DNA of 64,000 bases from Malacoraja senta (taxonomy: Eukaryota), in NCBI GenBank assembly GCA_038087875.1, contig CM075988.1:10728001-10792000 (forward strand), given 5' to 3'. The position numbers and the translations under genes are program-made. Below, piece by piece: positions 60,881 to 64,000 of the stretch (positions are counted from its first letter, which is position 1; the number at the start of each line of letters is the position of its first letter). The notes under the pieces were generated by a model that was given only the letters and a program-made list of their open reading frames with translations, was not told where the DNA came from and made no database searches.

Positions 60881-62832
60881 AGTGTGTATTTGATCTTATG
60901 GTCATGTTTTTATTGATCAAAGCTAAGTTACGCAAAACCTGCAAGAAAGTTCAGCGGGAAGCCAGCAGGTCACATGAATGCAAAGGCAGGAAGGATATGT
61001 GCCACTAGAATGGGAAAGGCAGGACACTTTGCCAATATGATGAGAGTCACACGTCCTCTGAAGGCCCAACCAAAATGACCTGGTGTGACAGCTGCCAGAA
61101 CAATGGAATACAATACTAAAAAGTACGTTCTTGAAGATTATGAATGATAATTAAGTCCTCTCTTACTTCAGAGACAATGTGCCTGCCATGGATTGAACCT
61201 ATTGAGATACCAAACATGTGAAGCAGAGATAGAAGTGGAAATACTCCATGGTATTTATTGGCAAATCTAAAGAGAGGAACACAGTTGATATATTTATGTC
61301 CACCATATAGTGCAATTGTTTGTCTTCCTTTGTATATTTGGAACATTTTTGCCTCCTTTGCTGAGCGGGACCAAGATCGTGTTATGCACTTGTTCAAGTC
61401 ATTGGTGAGATGGATTACAACATTAACAGGAATGGTTATGTGCTATGAATCTGCACCAACAATGAAAGAACTGGATCAATTGAGCTGCTTAGCCTTTGGA
61501 AGTGTGCACTTGGCATGACCTTTTTCTTGGGAAAGGAATACATTCATAAATCAGAAGCCACTGTGGGGTGAGTTGATTCAGCCCGAGTGGATGCATTAGG
61601 CAGGTGGTCTTGGGATGTGACAAGAGTTCTCAAACCAGCAGACAATGGAGTGCATGGGGTACAGATGGGCTAACTAGAGACACTGGTGATCAACTGAGGA
61701 CATTGCAGAGATAGGTAAGGTAATGGCACTTCAGAGAAAGAAACAACCTAAGGGAGAGAACAACATGAATCAGAAGAAGTCTTGAGAAAGATTTCGCTGC
61801 ATAGCATGAAAATGAATCCATTGGAAAGCAAGCTTGATCAGGTGAATTGTCTGCTTTGGTTTCCAACTGTGAAGCTGAGGTGAATGAATTAAATTAATGG
61901 ATGAAAAAGAAAATTGAGAATTCACAGAGCAGCATCTCAGTGAATGAAAGACAGAAGCAATAGGAAATATAGCCAACGAATGAACATCCCAGGAAGAAGA
62001 AAAATGTCTACACTACATTTGTAGTGAGCAAATTAAAGTGAGTCCTCAGTTGACACTGGAATTTCACAAAGACTCTGCGCTTTGGGAAACACAGTCCAGG
62101 TCATCAGGCTAACATAAGTTTTTTTTGCAAAGTGGTTTGGTGCACAAACAAAACAATGTTTTAAATCATAGATTGGAAATTGAAAATTGGATTTCAAAAT
62201 GGGAGTCCCAGAAAGACCGGATAGGCTAGGAAGGGTGAAAAGGATTACAACAAGTTCAAGCTGCAATATATATTGGAGATAAATTAGAGGACGATCCAGG
62301 GTGTGCATGTGGAATGTCAAGATTTGTTCACACATGTGTTGCTTGCTGATAGCAAGCCGATTCTCCAGGATACCATAGACTAATGTCCCTAGATCTTGGC
62401 TTGATCTAGGATGTCAGGGTGTTACATTTATTGGTGAGAATGAAATAGTTTGAGAAACAAGGATGGGTGGTCTTTCCAGGTTGTGGAAAGTGCACTCAAA
62501 GTGAAGGATACAAATATATAGTAGGATTTATAGATATTTATCACTTGTAAGATGGCAAGGTTTTGACACAACGAGGAGAGACATAAACAGCGCAGAATCA
62601 CTTGGGAAAAGAAGCATAAAAGGTGAGGGTTATAGGCAAGCATGATCTAATTCCCTAATACCTACCACAGTTGAAGAACTAAAAACATGAAGGTAGACTC
62701 AAGGCCACAGAAAATCTACACTCTGAAGGCGGAGTGCATAGGAAGTTGGGACAAAGGTTGATGCATTAAAGGAACTGAGTAAATGAAGGAGGTTGAAAGC
62801 AAAATAGATCGCGGCGCCCATCATTCATGTTA

Positions 62833-63202
62833 AGGGCCTGTCCCACTTTTACGAATTATTCACGAATTCTCCTGAGTTATTCATGAATTCGCCCGAGTTT
62901 TCAAACTCGCAGAATGTTCATAACGAGTCCGTAGGAGTCCGTAGATATATTGTAGTGGCTCGTTATGCCAGTCGTAGGTACTCGGGGCATCAGGTAAGTC
63001 GGGACGTTTTTTCAGCATGATGAAAAATGTCCACGAGTAAAAAAATAGCCCCGAGTACCTACAGCTGGCATAACGAGCCGCTACGATATATCCACGGACT
63101 CCTACGGACTCGTTACGAACATTCTCCGAGTTTGAAAACTCGGGAGAATTTGTGAATAACTTAGAGAATTCGTGAATAACTCGGGAAAGTGGGACAGGCC
63201 CT
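62833..63202. mobile_element. PIF/Harbinger-like MITE, almost wholly palindromic
   Basis: TIR AGGGCCTGTCCCACTTT / AAAGTGGGACAGGCCCT; TTA TSD; internal arms are complementary. Confidence 0.9.
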
Positions 63203-64000
63203 TTACTCCACACATACATCAGATCATAACTGTTTATGTAACTTCAGATTGAGAAAGTTTATGAACAAATCTTATTGTTTTGACTCAAAACCTTGGTGAA
63301 GGAAGATCAAACCCTCAGCAATTGACAATGCGGCCTTTATATGCTGTAGCCTCAAGTAGCAAGACTACAGATGGAGTGTTCAGTGGAGTTAGATGCAGAT
63401 AGATGATTCAAAAGAGCACATAATGGACGGGTCCATAGCAAATGTTTAAAAGGAGAGAAGCACTGTTGAGGAATTGCAAAAGAAGACGGAGAGACAGAAT
63501 GGAAGGCAGTGCAAAATCAATGGCAGGATAATGCAGACTTCGTTGAGTTCAGAGTAGTGAAATGCATGATATAACTGGAGCTGTTGTAAATATTAATCAG
63601 GTATTATCTCAAGATTTATGTAGACTGTTTGGGATGTACGCAAGTAATTCCAAGAAGGTAATGATCCAGATTGTATAATCGTAATTCTTCAAAGTTATGA
63701 AAGCAATTTTGTTAATGCAAAAAGGCAACAATTCTCTTGAATCATTAATGCATGAAGTCGACACTTCGGAGATGTTGAGTACAGCTTGCATTAATAGTTC
63801 AGTGCACAAGGAGACGAAGGGATTGAGTGCATTCATGCTTGTTTGAAATTATAACTCTATTTTAAAAAAATATTTAACTAATTACAATATTTCATAAACA
63901 TGTGTAGTTTGTGCAGGATACTGTTAAAAATTGTTTGCTATCATGTGGTGTGACTCTGATACATTGTGCGAGATACTGCCATTTAGTTAAGAGTTACTGT

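Overview
Repeat-dominated, apparently non-genic (intronic or intergenic) eukaryotic DNA. The repeat complement (HE1-like V-SINEs, CR1 LINEs, abundant Penelope termini) suggests a cartilaginous fish such as a skate or ray; this is an inference. No host exon, rRNA, tRNA or CRISPR array could be supported. Main contents: a near-full-length CR1 LINE with open ORF1 (SGNH esterase) and ORF2 (APE+RT), with a second 5'-truncated copy abutting its tail; two DIRS-type tyrosine-recombinase retrotransposons; two copies of a non-autonomous Helitron; six or seven PIF/Harbinger-like MITEs; RTE, Rex1/Babar and Gypsy relics; about 20 Penelope terminal pieces; and several nested insertions. Most notable: (1) a 136-nt retroposed element (36948-37083) whose first 54 nt fold by eye as a minimal HDV/CPEB3-like ribozyme starting exactly at the TSD boundary; (2) a second HDV-like fold heading an internally deleted RTE derivative (about 6430-6900); (3) an in-phase U_UUA_AAC slippery heptamer at the CR1 ORF1 stop, with ORF2 open in the -1 frame; (4) matching 5'-leader splice signals in two divergent DIRS elements; (5) a hammerhead-like core in the Penelope termini. 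All calls were made by eye without database searches; boundaries of old repeats are approximate.
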